The notes under the pieces are model-generated. The model made no database searches. It was given only the letters and a program-made list of their open reading frames with translations, and was not told the origin of the DNA. Made by a program: the position numbers and the translations under genes. Positions 1 through 10,391 of a stretch of DNA of 33,159 nt are shown here, piece by piece (position 1 is the first letter of the stretch; the number at the start of each line of letters is the position of its first letter). The DNA is from Octopus bimaculoides. Taxonomy: Eukaryota. The DNA is taken from the NCBI RefSeq assembly GCF_001194135.2, contig NC_068984.1, forward strand, positions 147,173,295-147,206,453. The letters run 5' to 3'.

Positions 1-542
1 TATATATATATGTGTTGGGGGGGAGAGAAAGAAGAAGAGGAGCATACAGATATGTATATGTGCGTCAAATGTAGTGAGGGTAGTTCATAGTGTCAATGTT
101 TGAGAATGTTCAATGCATGAGTCATGGTGGGCGACAACCCAGATAACTATGGTGCGTGTTGCAACACACACAATGCAACGCGGATATAATGTCCGACCGA
201 TTGATTAGAAATTCATTCAACCATGCATATACAACACATATTCACACAGACAAACTGTCTACGTACTTATATGTGTGTGTGCGTATGTACGTGCATGTAT
301 TCGTGTGTGTATATGTGTGTTGGGGGTGGAGAGTGCGCGCGTGTGTGTGTGTGTGCGTGTGTGTGCACGCGAGTACATGTGTGTGTAAGCAAGGTAAGAC
401 GACGATGACATAGAACATGCAATCTATGGAATACATCGCAAATAGTCTGGTATTTGTCATTAAGTGTGCTCAACAGTTGTTCATAGGGAACCAGGAGTAA
501 CTCCTAGCTACGATATAATTCCTAATTACATCATAAATCTAT

Positions 543-753
543 TCTTATTTCTTTATTGCCCACAAGGGCCTAAACACAGAAGGAACAGACAAAGACAGAC
601 GACAAAGGGATTAAGTCGATTACATCGACCCTAATGCGTAACTGGTACTTAATTTATCAACCCCCGAAAGGATGAAAAGAAAAGTCGACCTCGGCGGAAT
701 TTGAACTCAGAACGTAAAGACAGACGAAATACCGCTAAGCATCTCGCCCGGCG
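543..753 (-). mobile_element. tRNA-derived SINE family B, 5'-truncated copy
   Basis: Reverse complement contains Pol III B-box-like GAGTTCAAATTCC, GGTCGAC, GGGTCGATGTAATCGACT and a CCCTTGTGGGCAATAAAG tail. Collinear with the copies at 10845, 11933, 21500 and 22105-22712. Confidence 0.85.
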
Positions 754-1122
754 AGATATATTCAGAGAAAAACTGAAGTTACTTTTGAATTTAGCAGGCA
801 AAATCACTTAAGAATTTGCGAAAATATTCCAGGCACCTGACAAAGAAAAACTGTTTTTGTTGACGAGTGTTATATATGCTCGGAGAGGTATATATNNNNN
901 NNNNNNNNNNNNNNNNNNNNNNNNNNNNNNNNNNNNNNNNNNNNNNNNNNNNNNNNNNNNNNNNNNNNNNNNNNNNNNNNNNNNNNNNNNNNNNNNNNNN
1001 NNNNNNNNNNNNNNNNNNNNNNNNNNNNNNNNNNNNNNNNNNNNNNNNNNNNNNNNNNNNNNNNNNNNNNNNNNNNNNNNNNNNNNNNNNNNNNNNNNNN
1101 NATATATATGTATATATATATA

Positions 1123-1173
<51 letters not shown>

Positions 1174-1259
1174 AATTTGCCACTCATATTATAGACATCC
1201 TAAATATCTAAATGTCAGTCAAATATATCAGATAAAACAACAGAGAGAAGCAATGTAGC

Positions 1260-1333
<74 letters not shown>
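1260..1333. repeat. (TATC)n microsatellite
   Basis: Perfect tandem TATC run seen directly. Confidence 0.95.
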
Positions 1334-1334
<1 letters not shown>

Positions 1335-1915
1335 CCAGATGAACTAAACAGCAGTTAGACCAGAAGATATACAGACAGACTGACAAGACTCAGACAAAAT
1401 GAAGCTATGCAGATAAGTAACCCGACTGCCATAGAAAGAGAGAAAATTTCGACAGAGATTCATAAAGTAGCTTAATATATAGGCAGACGGTTAGACATTT
1501 CTATCGGTAAATACGCAAACTAATTGACTGATCGTTGGTCTGACAAGCTGTCTGACAACTGAGAAACGGAGAGACAGAGAGAGAATGGGAAGAAGGAGAG
1601 AGTGGAAGACAGAGAAAGAGAGCGAGATGGGTGATAGTGAGGAATAGACTGCGAAGTTAATAAAGAAAGAAAAACTAGCACACAGACAGAAGAAACATTC
1701 GACAATGTATACTAATGAACATTTATATAAATATCATACCCTGTCCTACCCACTCCTTCACTACAAATAGCATTATTAATAAACACACGAAGGCGCGCGC
1801 GCGCACACGTTTTAGACCTACATAATACAAAGAGTAAATGCATCTCTCTCTCTCTTTCTTTCTCTCTCTCCCTCTCTCTCTCTCTTCCTATCTCTCTCCC
1901 TCTCTCTCTCTCTGG

Positions 1916-1949
<34 letters not shown>

Positions 1950-1953
<4 letters not shown>

Positions 1954-2205
1954 AAATAGTAAATGAGTATATGCATATATACGTACAGGTATGTGCATAC
2001 CGACATCCACCTGTATGTACAGGTGCATATCTGGGTACAGGACATTGCAAACAAACGTAGACGAGAAAACACACAAGCCACATAGAGAACATTCTTCTTC
2101 ATCAGCTACCGGCGTTTCGAAGAGCTGGGCAGGACGCATCGCTAAAACGGCTCTTCCCATGGACCGCAAATTAAATATGTATACACAAATTAAACCTTGC
2201 CATGG
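1950..2205 (-). mobile_element. Interspersed repeat with hammerhead-like core boxes; probable Penelope-like element terminus or non-autonomous derivative
   Basis: Minus strand reads CTCTTC-GAAAC-GCCG-GTA-G-CTGATGA-AGAAGA. Homologous to 26081-26230(+) (shared CTGATGAAG and AATGTC[C/A]TGTACCCA) and duplicated at 2457-2621. The PLE assignment is inferred from the known association of Penelope-like elements with hammerheads. Confidence 0.5.
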
Positions 2206-2456
2206 NNNNNNNNNNNNNNNNNNNNNNNNNNNNNNNNNNNNNNNNNNNNNNNNNNNNNNNNNNNNNNNNNNNNNNNNNNNNNNNNNNNNNNNNNNNNNNN
2301 NNNNNNNNNNNNNNNNNNNNNNNNNNNNNNNNNNNNNNNNNNNNNNNNNNNNNNNNNNNNNNNNNNNNNNNNNNNNNNNNNNNNNNNNNNNNNNNNNNNN
2401 NNNNNNNNNNNNNNNNNNNNNNNNNNNNNNNNATATATATATATATATATATATAT

Positions 2457-2621
2457 AAACAAATAGTAAATGAGTATATGCATATATACGTACAGGTATG
2501 TGCATACCGACATCCACCTGTATGTACAGGTGCATATCTGGGTACAGGACATTGCAAACAAACGTAGACGAGAAAACACACAAGCCACATAGAGAACATT
2601 CTTCTTCATCAGCTATCGGCG
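2457..2621 (-). repeat. Near-identical 165-bp copy of 1950-2114 across an assembly gap
   Basis: Offset 507 bp; one mismatch seen (C2109 vs T2616); N-gap 2206-2432 lies between the copies. Confidence 0.9.
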
Positions 2622-2788
2622 CAGGAGTGGTTGTGTGGTAAGAAACTTGCTTGCCAACTACTTGGTTCCGAGTTCAGTCCCATTGCGTGGCACCTTGAGC
2701 AAGTGTCTTCTGCTATAGCCTCGGACCGACCAAAGCCTTGTGAGTAGATTTGGTAGACGGAAACTGAAAGAAGCTCGTCGTATATATA
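2618..2788 (+). mobile_element. tRNA-derived SINE family A, 5' half
   Basis: GGCGCAGGAGTGGTTGTGTGGTAAG (A-box-like), GAGTTCAGTCCC (B-box-like) and GTAGACGGAAACTGAAAGAAG. Collinear with the reverse complement of 12950-13099 and with 21180-21260 and 30945-31015. Confidence 0.85.
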
Positions 2789-2899
2789 CATTGGGAAAAC
2801 AAATAATTCCCTCTGCCAATGTGCAAGAATCCACAGGCAACATATCCAACAAGAAGAATTACACAAGATTCCATTAAGTAAGCATCTGGAAATATGCAG

Positions 2900-3160
2900 C
2901 AAACGGAAAATTCAAAAATTTCTCACTTTTACAAATATGCACAGGACGAACTACATTTCATCAAAAGATTCTCTCCAAAATTGAATGTTTGAAATAAAAA
3001 TAGAGACAGCACGATCCCAAAATCTAATCAGTTCGTGTCAGTCACGAGGCCAAAAACATCCCTGAAAGTTTCATCCGAATCCATCCAGCGGTTCTTGAGA
3101 TACCTTGTCCACAGACAAACACGACTGTAAACAACACTCCGACTTAGCGAAGGCGGAGGA
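2900..3160 (+). mobile_element. Possible non-autonomous Helentron/DINE-1-like (HINE) element 3' portion
   Basis: AAAGTTTCATCCGAATCCATCCAGCGGTTCTTGAGATA, a short ACAGACAAAC microsatellite seed, then terminal hairpin CTCCGACTT-AGCG-AAGGCGGAG (3137-3158, 8/9 paired). The architecture is recalled from HINE-type repeats and was not verified by search; the left boundary is approximate. Confidence 0.35.
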
Positions 3161-3186
3161 AGAAAGGAAGTTATTTTGTGCGTGTA

Positions 3187-3235
<49 letters not shown>

Positions 3236-3871
3236 GTGTGTGTCTTGTAAACGCTTTCGTAGTTGTAAGAACTTTTAATGAGACCTTAATACCTAGAACT
3301 TGGTCATATTTCTCAGCCAATGTATTATTCGTCGCGACAACGTTTTCTCATTGACGTCTCCAGCTTAGTACATACAGCAATCTATCTGTATAAACATGTG
3401 TGATCGCGTCAGGATAGAGAGGATCGCACAATGTCGGTACGTGAATATTTAAATATAAATGGATCATAAACAAATTTAGGAATTAATTAGGGAAGATAGC
3501 AGTAGGTGCTTAATAGTTAGCTCTGGCTGTTACATTGAACAGAAAACCAATGATGCGTATCAGTTCAAACCAGGACAATTAGATAACCTAGTTGCATACT
3601 TAATTTGTTTTGGTTTTTAATTGCCTCGTCAGAGCTGTTTCTAGAGTATCTATTGTTGCACATATTCGTCAAGTAATGCGAAGTAAATTAAAGCGCGCGC
3701 ACACACACACACACTCATCACCTACACATTCATATAAGCAAGACATTCTGACTTATTCACAAGTAAAAAAAAGTTATCTTGGTGATATATCTACAGGGAA
3801 CGTAGCAGAGAAGTTACATCTCTTCACCGTTAGTACAACCTGATCTACAAAATAAAACCCCCATGCTTATT

Positions 3872-3949
<78 letters not shown>

Positions 3950-3950
3950 G

Positions 3951-4580
3951 CTCTCGGGAGTCGCCATGGGAACGAGAATGGACGTCAACTATACGAACCT
4001 GTTCGTTGGCTACGTTGAGGTCCAAATATTCTCGCGATTCACTTGTACCACTGCCAAACTATATGGTCGGTATATTGATGACTGTATTGGTGCGACCTCA
4101 CTCTCCCACGAACAACTAGACTACTTCCTCTCTTTTGTTCAATCCTTCCACCCTGCCCTCGAATTCTCCTGCACTATTTCCAATACTTCCGTCGCATTTC
4201 TCGATATTTCGGTCAACATACTCCACTCCGCTCTCACTACCTCCATCCACTACAAACACACTGACTCACACTCAAAACCTTAACTTCTCCTCTTCCCACC
4301 CCACCCACACCAGGCTCTCCATCCCCTACTCCCAATTCCTCCATCTGCACAGGCTCTGCGGTGACAACCATGACTTTGAGACTCAGTCTCAACTCATGGC
4401 TCACCACTTCATCCTTCGTGGATATATCCTCACCACTATCCACACAGCCCTTGCCAGGGCACGTTCCGTGGAGGGTGCCTCTGTTCTCTCTCTCTCCCCG
4501 CACCCGCCGCACCGCTATCCGTCTCCCGTTTCCCCTCTCCTACCACCCCTCCACCGTACCATTCTCCGAGCTTTCCGATA
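3951..4580 (+). pseudogene. Penelope-like retroelement reverse transcriptase fragment (core plus thumb), frameshifted
   Basis: Frame 1 reads SGVAMGTRM..YTNLFVGYVE..LYGRYIDDC..FHPALEF..FLDISV..SIHYKHTDSHS. After a +1 frameshift near 4275 it reads LNFSSSHP..SIPYSQFLHLHRLC..F..RGY. These are characteristic PLE RT motifs (YIDD catalytic box, SSHP thumb). No GIY-YIG endonuclease is seen. Confidence 0.88.
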
Positions 4581-4616
4581 TATAAATGCATTCTTAGATA
4601 TATAAATGAATTCTTA
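4577..4616. repeat. 20-bp tandem duplication at the 3' junction of the PLE fragment
   Basis: GATATATAAATGCATTCTTA followed by GATATATAAATGAATTCTTA (one mismatch). Confidence 0.85.
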
Positions 4617-5499
4617 GAAAGCAGACGATGTTGTGTCAACATGGCGATGTAAATATTTCTGTTATTTTATATTTAAATATAATGGAAACCAAAACAACCT
4701 ACATCTATATAAACAGCGTAGTTTCCCAGGATTTAAATACTTTACTACAAATAAACTCATTTACGTAATCATACACGGACACTTATGTATGTATGTGTGC
4801 ACGAGTGTGTGTTTCTCTGTGAGTGTTTATGTGTCTATATGTATGCGCAACTATGCGCTTTGATATATAAGTACGTATATATGCGTATACATGTGTGTGA
4901 GTGTGTGTGTTTATTGATATATAGACCTACACAATAACATATTTTACATTTTTATGATTTGTCACTTGTTAATTGCAAGAAACCATTCAATTGTGTGCTT
5001 CAACCTTATTGCATTTTCATTTCACTATTTTGTCAATAAATTATAGGCGCTGCACTTTGTACATAATTAACATGTATAAAAGTGGATATACAGAAATTCT
5101 CGAAGTGTTTACCACTCAAGGAGTGGTAAAATTCTATAAAATTATGAATACACGTGACGATGTACGCTGTTTCAAAAAGTTGCATTAGGTTTTAGTATCC
5201 AAATTTCTGTGTACATCTTCTTCCTTGACTCCGATATGAAATCAAAAGTAAAAGATTTCAATAAAATTTTGGTACGAATGCTGTGACAGCCGTATCTACT
5301 AGAAAGCAAAGGGCAGCTTCAGACACCGCAAGGCGCCTTGTCAGCCAAAAGGCTCAGCTTCGCTTAAGAGTATTTTGCTAAATGTGAAATGATGAACGGC
5401 AAAGTGGTCTTCGTTAGGATTTGTGCTCGGAAATGTTGTAAATTCACCACACACAGAAACAGACACATACAAAACACACGCAGACACAAAGACACATGC

Positions 5500-5631
<132 letters not shown>

Positions 5632-5929
5632 AATAAATGTTCATTAAGCAACATACAAAGGGGTGGGTGAATGGGGGGAATTTGTAAAAAATAAAAATTC
5701 TGCAAAGTTATTAAGAAGGCAACTCAACTGGGAATAAATGTACACAGGAGGATACGTGTTTTAACATCAATAGTCGTTAACATACGCATCCACACACACA
5801 CACACACACACACACGACCCCCCCACACACACACATGTTTGATGATGGAGGTGATGGAGATGATGGTTTTCTACTCGTTAGACGAACATGACCATTGCTG
5901 AATAGAGCAACTGGTTTTATATATGAAAT

Positions 5930-6185
5930 ATACGAGTTGGCCTTTCTCATGGAGGGAAGACCAGGGGTCCCTCACACTGTGTGGGACACCAACCCTTTGT
6001 ATTTCTACGTTCCGATGTTCATATGCTAGTGAGCCCATAGCTGGAACCCTAAAATGTGCTACTACTCCGGGTCTTATTAGACGTGGGTACAACAGTGGCT
6101 GGGAGGTGCTTCTACACTCCCTAAAATTCTGGAACTCGCGAACCGGAATCTCTTGACCGGACGCAGTTTAAATCCACACCCAGCA
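5930..6185 (-). mobile_element. Diverged interspersed repeat of unknown class
   Basis: Reverse complement contains TAAACTGC..GGAGTGTAGAAGCACC..GACCCGGAGTAGTAGCAC..AGGGTTCCAGCTATGGG, resembling a recalled abundant octopus repeat. Single copy in this window, so no internal confirmation. Confidence 0.3.
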
Positions 6186-6917
6186 CACACACACACTCAC
6201 ACACACATACACACCCAGCACACACACACCCAGCACACACACACTCACACACACATTCACACACCTAGCATACACTTACACACACTCACGCACACACACA
6301 CACACATGCATATATATATATGCTGAGGTGAAGAAAGCTTATGCGAATTGTAGTAAACAGTGTGAAATAGCTCTGATACAGGTTACGACGATAGGAAAGT
6401 ACGTTTTTATATCCGGGCAGCTATGAAGCTATGATTCATGTATATGTTGGCATTAAAGCTAATGTTTTCTTCAGCAGATATATATCGCAAAACTGTGTCA
6501 AATATCCACTAAACCGGATGTTACATTACGCATATCAAAAATCGAAACAGACCTCCAAAATATTCTCATAGAAAGATATTATTTTAAAGAAAATGGAAAG
6601 TAAATCACAGTATGTACTTTGTTAACGATGTATACACACACATTTGTATATGAATAGCTTGGATACCTGACGACCTTGGTTCGTTCTACGAGCCTACGAA
6701 ACTAAGTTGAATGAAGTTGAGTCAAACTGGAATTACATATTTGCATTTGGATGTTGAATGTGTCCCACGATAATTAACAACCAAGTACCAAAGCTTATAA
6801 AGTGTGGAAAGGGGCCCTGTGAGACCCCTGACAGCAGGCTGCTGTCTTTTCACTGAATCTACCAGAGCAAGCACCATCGAGAGCGCCGAATAGTAAAACA
6901 ATAATAATAATAAACGC

Positions 6918-7005
6918 CTTGTTGCAGTACCAGGCACTGGAATTGAACTTGCAACCTCACGATCGTCAGTCGAATACCTCTAACTACCAAACCACACACC
7001 TTCAC
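6918..7005 (-). mobile_element. tRNA-like SINE head (family C), isolated
   Basis: Reverse complement is GTGAAGGTGTGTGGTTTGGTAGTTAG (A-box-like)..GCAAGTTCAATTCC (B-box), with correct spacing but no complete cloverleaf. Confidence 0.6.
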
Positions 7006-7261
7006 AACCATGCACATATAGTAAGCCTTATGGTGTATATAAATATAGACCGTGATATATGTAATATATTACGGTGTATGCAGCCCAAGAGAAAGAGACA
7101 TAATAGTAGGAGAGTTGAAAGTCGCGTCTGTAGCTTGGTGTGTGCTTTTATGACACAGGTTAAGACAGGACAATTGTAAGAGAGCTTTCTACTCGTAGAA
7201 CCATCTACCTCGCTGTTTTGATTACTTTCAGTATATGTGCATCTAAAATCTATATCTGCCT

Positions 7262-7308
<47 letters not shown>

Positions 7309-7734
7309 NNNNNNNNNNNNNNNNNNNNNNNNNNNNNNNNNNNNNNNNNNNNNNNNNNNNNNNNNNNNNNNNNNNNNNNNNNNNNNNNNNNNNNNNNNNN
7401 NNNNNNNNNNNNNNNNNNNNNNNNNNNNNNNNNNNNNNNNNNNNNNNNNNNNNNNNNNNNNNNNNNNNNNNNNNNNNNNNNNNNNNNNNNNNNNNNNNNN
7501 NNNNNNNNNNNNNNNNNNNNNNNNNNNNNNNNNNNNNNNNNNNNNNNNNNNNNNNNNNNNNNNNNNNNNNNNNNNNNNNNNNNNNNNNNATATATATATA
7601 TATATAGTCTTTCCCTTCTCTCTTTCTGTACAACACAACACACACACACACACACACGCACACACATATATACAAAGAGAGAGAGAGAAAGAAAGAGTGA
7701 GAGAGAAACAGACATATAGAGAGACGAGAGAGGG

Positions 7735-8060
7735 TTTCTGTGCACACGCTTATATGTATGTGTATGTATGTATGTATGTATGTATGTGTATGTATGTATG
7801 TATGTATGTATGTATGTATGTATGTATGTATGAACGGGTTTCCTCTGCACAGAGAGACAGCGACGTGTGCATGTGCATAAATGTATGAAGACAGTGATAC
7901 TGCATGAGCCTGCACGTGTGTGCATGTATATATGCATTTGTGTGTGTGTATGTATGTGTATGACTGTGTATATGTGTGTGAGTGCGTATGTGCGTGTCTA
8001 TGTGTGCATGTATGTGCTTGTGTGCGTATGTGTGTGCGTGCATGTGTGCGCAGGCGCGCG
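7735..8060. repeat. (TATG)n and degenerate TG/TATG low-complexity tract
   Basis: Near-perfect TATG run at 7752-7832 decaying into mixed TG/TATG. Confidence 0.9.
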
Positions 8061-8233
8061 TGATCAGAGAGAAGTGCCAACAGATATTTGGACAGGATGA
8101 CAGTACTAATCAATATTCTATTAAGACTACCTGATCGATATTAGAAAACATAAGTAAAGAATGATTTATGGCAGATAAGGCGGGCTGCGATGTGGAAAAT
8201 ATATCACGTGAGACTTCCGTTTCTCAGCTTTGT

Positions 8234-8239
8234 TATCAT

Positions 8240-8317
<78 letters not shown>

Positions 8318-8329
8318 TAGTAGTAGCAG
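8234..8329. repeat. Compound trinucleotide microsatellite (ATC)n(AGC)n(AGT)n
   Basis: Three adjacent triplet runs seen directly. Confidence 0.95.
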
Positions 8330-8635
8330 CACGTGTGTGTGTGAGAGTGCTTTTGTGTGTGTTTGTGTATATTCATGTATGTGAAGTGCGTTTTCTGTAT
8401 GCAAAAAGAGCAGATAAACGTAAATGCAAATTTTACATGCATCCATACATATGCACTTAGATGCAGGTAAATGTCTGCCTGTATTGTTATTAATATTTAA
8501 CAAAAGCATCTGAGTGACTCAAGGGTCGAGAATTTCGTGCGTTAGCATTTAACAAACTGGTTACAGATTGAGGGTTTCTGAATATGTGTATCGGTAATAA
8601 TAGCATTTCCCCGGATAGTTCTGGAACAAATTGCC

Positions 8636-8646
8636 TCTCTATCTAG

Positions 8647-8679
<33 letters not shown>

Positions 8680-8684
8680 CATCC

Positions 8685-8717
<33 letters not shown>

Positions 8718-8737
8718 CCTACCTATCTATCTATTTA

Positions 8738-8815
<78 letters not shown>
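8636..8815. repeat. Compound (TATC)n(TGTC)n microsatellite
   Basis: Seen directly. Confidence 0.95.
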
Positions 8816-8816
<1 letters not shown>

Positions 8817-8989
8817 GGATTATTAGAACATCGCATAGAATACTATGTGGAATTGATAATGGCTCTTTCTTCCACTTTAAGTTCAACTTCTTTTGAGACC
8901 ATTCTTTTTTTTAAAAAAAACAAAACCTTTTCTCCCATTTCGTTATTTTATAAATAATGTACCATTCCATTCCTGGAGTCGATTCTTCT

Positions 8990-9600
8990 GCCCCTCTTTT
9001 GCTTTCAGTCTCTCTTAAAGAAATCAGCTGTGTTCAGGCTTAAAGTGGAATGATCTCAGTCGGGTTGAGCATAGCCAAGACCCGTTGCATATCAAGATGG
9101 TGTTCCTACAACTTCATCAAAAAGGACGCAAAGAAAGAAGGCATTTCCTTCTTAAAAATAATAAACCATTTTCCAAACTAAGATACCATCAGAATCATTT
9201 CATTTCAAGCGGTTCTTCAACAGAAGTCGAACTCCCTTAGACCATAATCCATCCATCTTCTCCGCTTACGATTCTTGCGTAAGGGTCGTAGAGGTAGACT
9301 CCTCAGACATCTCCATTGGGTAGGATCAAAAGCAATCATCATTACGCTTTCCGGTTGAATACCCAGGTGTGACCAGCCGTGAATTTAATCAACTCGCTCT
9401 TTCTTGGTCTATTTCTAGTCTCCTTTCGGTTGGCTCGGTTTGAAAAATCTGTTCTGCGATCCTTTCTTGCGACATTCTTATCACATGTCACATAATAACA
9501 ATGAATTTTTATGAGCAGCCTTGTTCTCTCACGATTACCTTTCCTTTATTATTCCACACCTTTCGGCTTTGGTGATCCAATCTAAAAGGCCGTTCAGGTA
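8990..9600 (-). pseudogene. Highly decayed Tc1/Tc3-like transposase remnant (tentative)
   Basis: Minus-strand peptides occur in the expected order across frameshifts and stops: YD-LRKN (cf. HDLRKE), GWIMV*GS (cf. GSVMVWG), and weaker echoes of MNS..Y..LEN.LL and W..SPD. Each match is weak and boundaries are approximate. Confidence 0.33.
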
Positions 9601-9851
9601 AGTTCAATTTAAAAAGTTCTCCATCAAGTGAGAGATAAATATCATTTAATGTACACAGTGCAAAGATACGAGCTACAACTAGTTTCTTGCTGTGGAAACG
9701 TGGTTCTAGCTATCTACCTTCTCGTTTTATTTAATTATCGGCGTTCTGTTTTATAAACTGATAGAGCATGTGCTCAGAGCCCGGAGATTGCTTGGAGACA
9801 CAAGGTGTGTCACAAAATCTTATTTAGACCCGCATCTCCAGTGCAAGAAAC

Positions 9852-9887
<36 letters not shown>

Positions 9888-10275
9888 TCACACACACACG
9901 CTCATCCTTCCCATGGCCATCTAAAATCAATATGAGTGCATCTTTGTGTCACGTAAATGATGATAAACGAGTGCTGATGGAGCAGCTTCTCAATTGGCTC
10001 CAGTTTCTATTGTTATACAATTTGTTATTGTTACCATTGTTGTTATTGTTGTTGTTGTCACTAGTTTTGCGTTGTTATTTTTGGTTATTTTGTTCCTGTT
10101 GTTTTTGTGTTGTTTCACCTCCTCCCACTTTGTCCATTTACGTTTGTCCAACGGCCAAGTCTCTGAATATTTAAAAACTTCGCTAAACCACAGTTTGTGT
10201 TATTTCACTAATTTGTTTGATTGGTTGTCATAGTTACCAGTGTTTCTATGGCATTTCTCCACCCTCCTCCCACTT

Positions 10276-10331
10276 CGCCGCCGCACGCCACCGCACGCCA
10301 CCGCACGCCGCCGCACGCCGCCGCACGCCAC
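10276..10331. repeat. GC-rich 10-bp minisatellite (CCGCACGCC[A/G]) x5.5
   Basis: Five full units at 10281-10330 plus a partial unit. Confidence 0.95.
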
Positions 10332-10391
10332 GGAAGTTCTAATCTGTTGCTCGAGACAGCTGTTAGTCATCAACGTACACATTCCGTGCTC

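Noticed and set aside
156-473. Overlapping ORFs rich in CV/HT/YI (likewise 5341-5705, 7002-8113, 31347-32308)
   Set aside because: Translations of (TG)n, (CA)n and (TATG)n microsatellites; no domain content.
3445-4686. ATATTTAAATATAA(A)TGGA on both sides of the PLE fragment as a possible target-site duplication
   Set aside because: Copies lie about 500 and 90 bp from the element ends and are nearly all A/T, so chance is likely.
6918-7005. Possible tRNA gene (also SINE heads at 2618 and 10845)
   Set aside because: A and B boxes are present but there is no complete cloverleaf; the heads at 2618 and 10845 continue into SINE bodies.
8510-8521. AP-1-like palindromes and the 11-mer CTGAGTGACTC repeated at 30206
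   Set aside because: Short motifs expected at this frequency in 33 kb; no supporting context.
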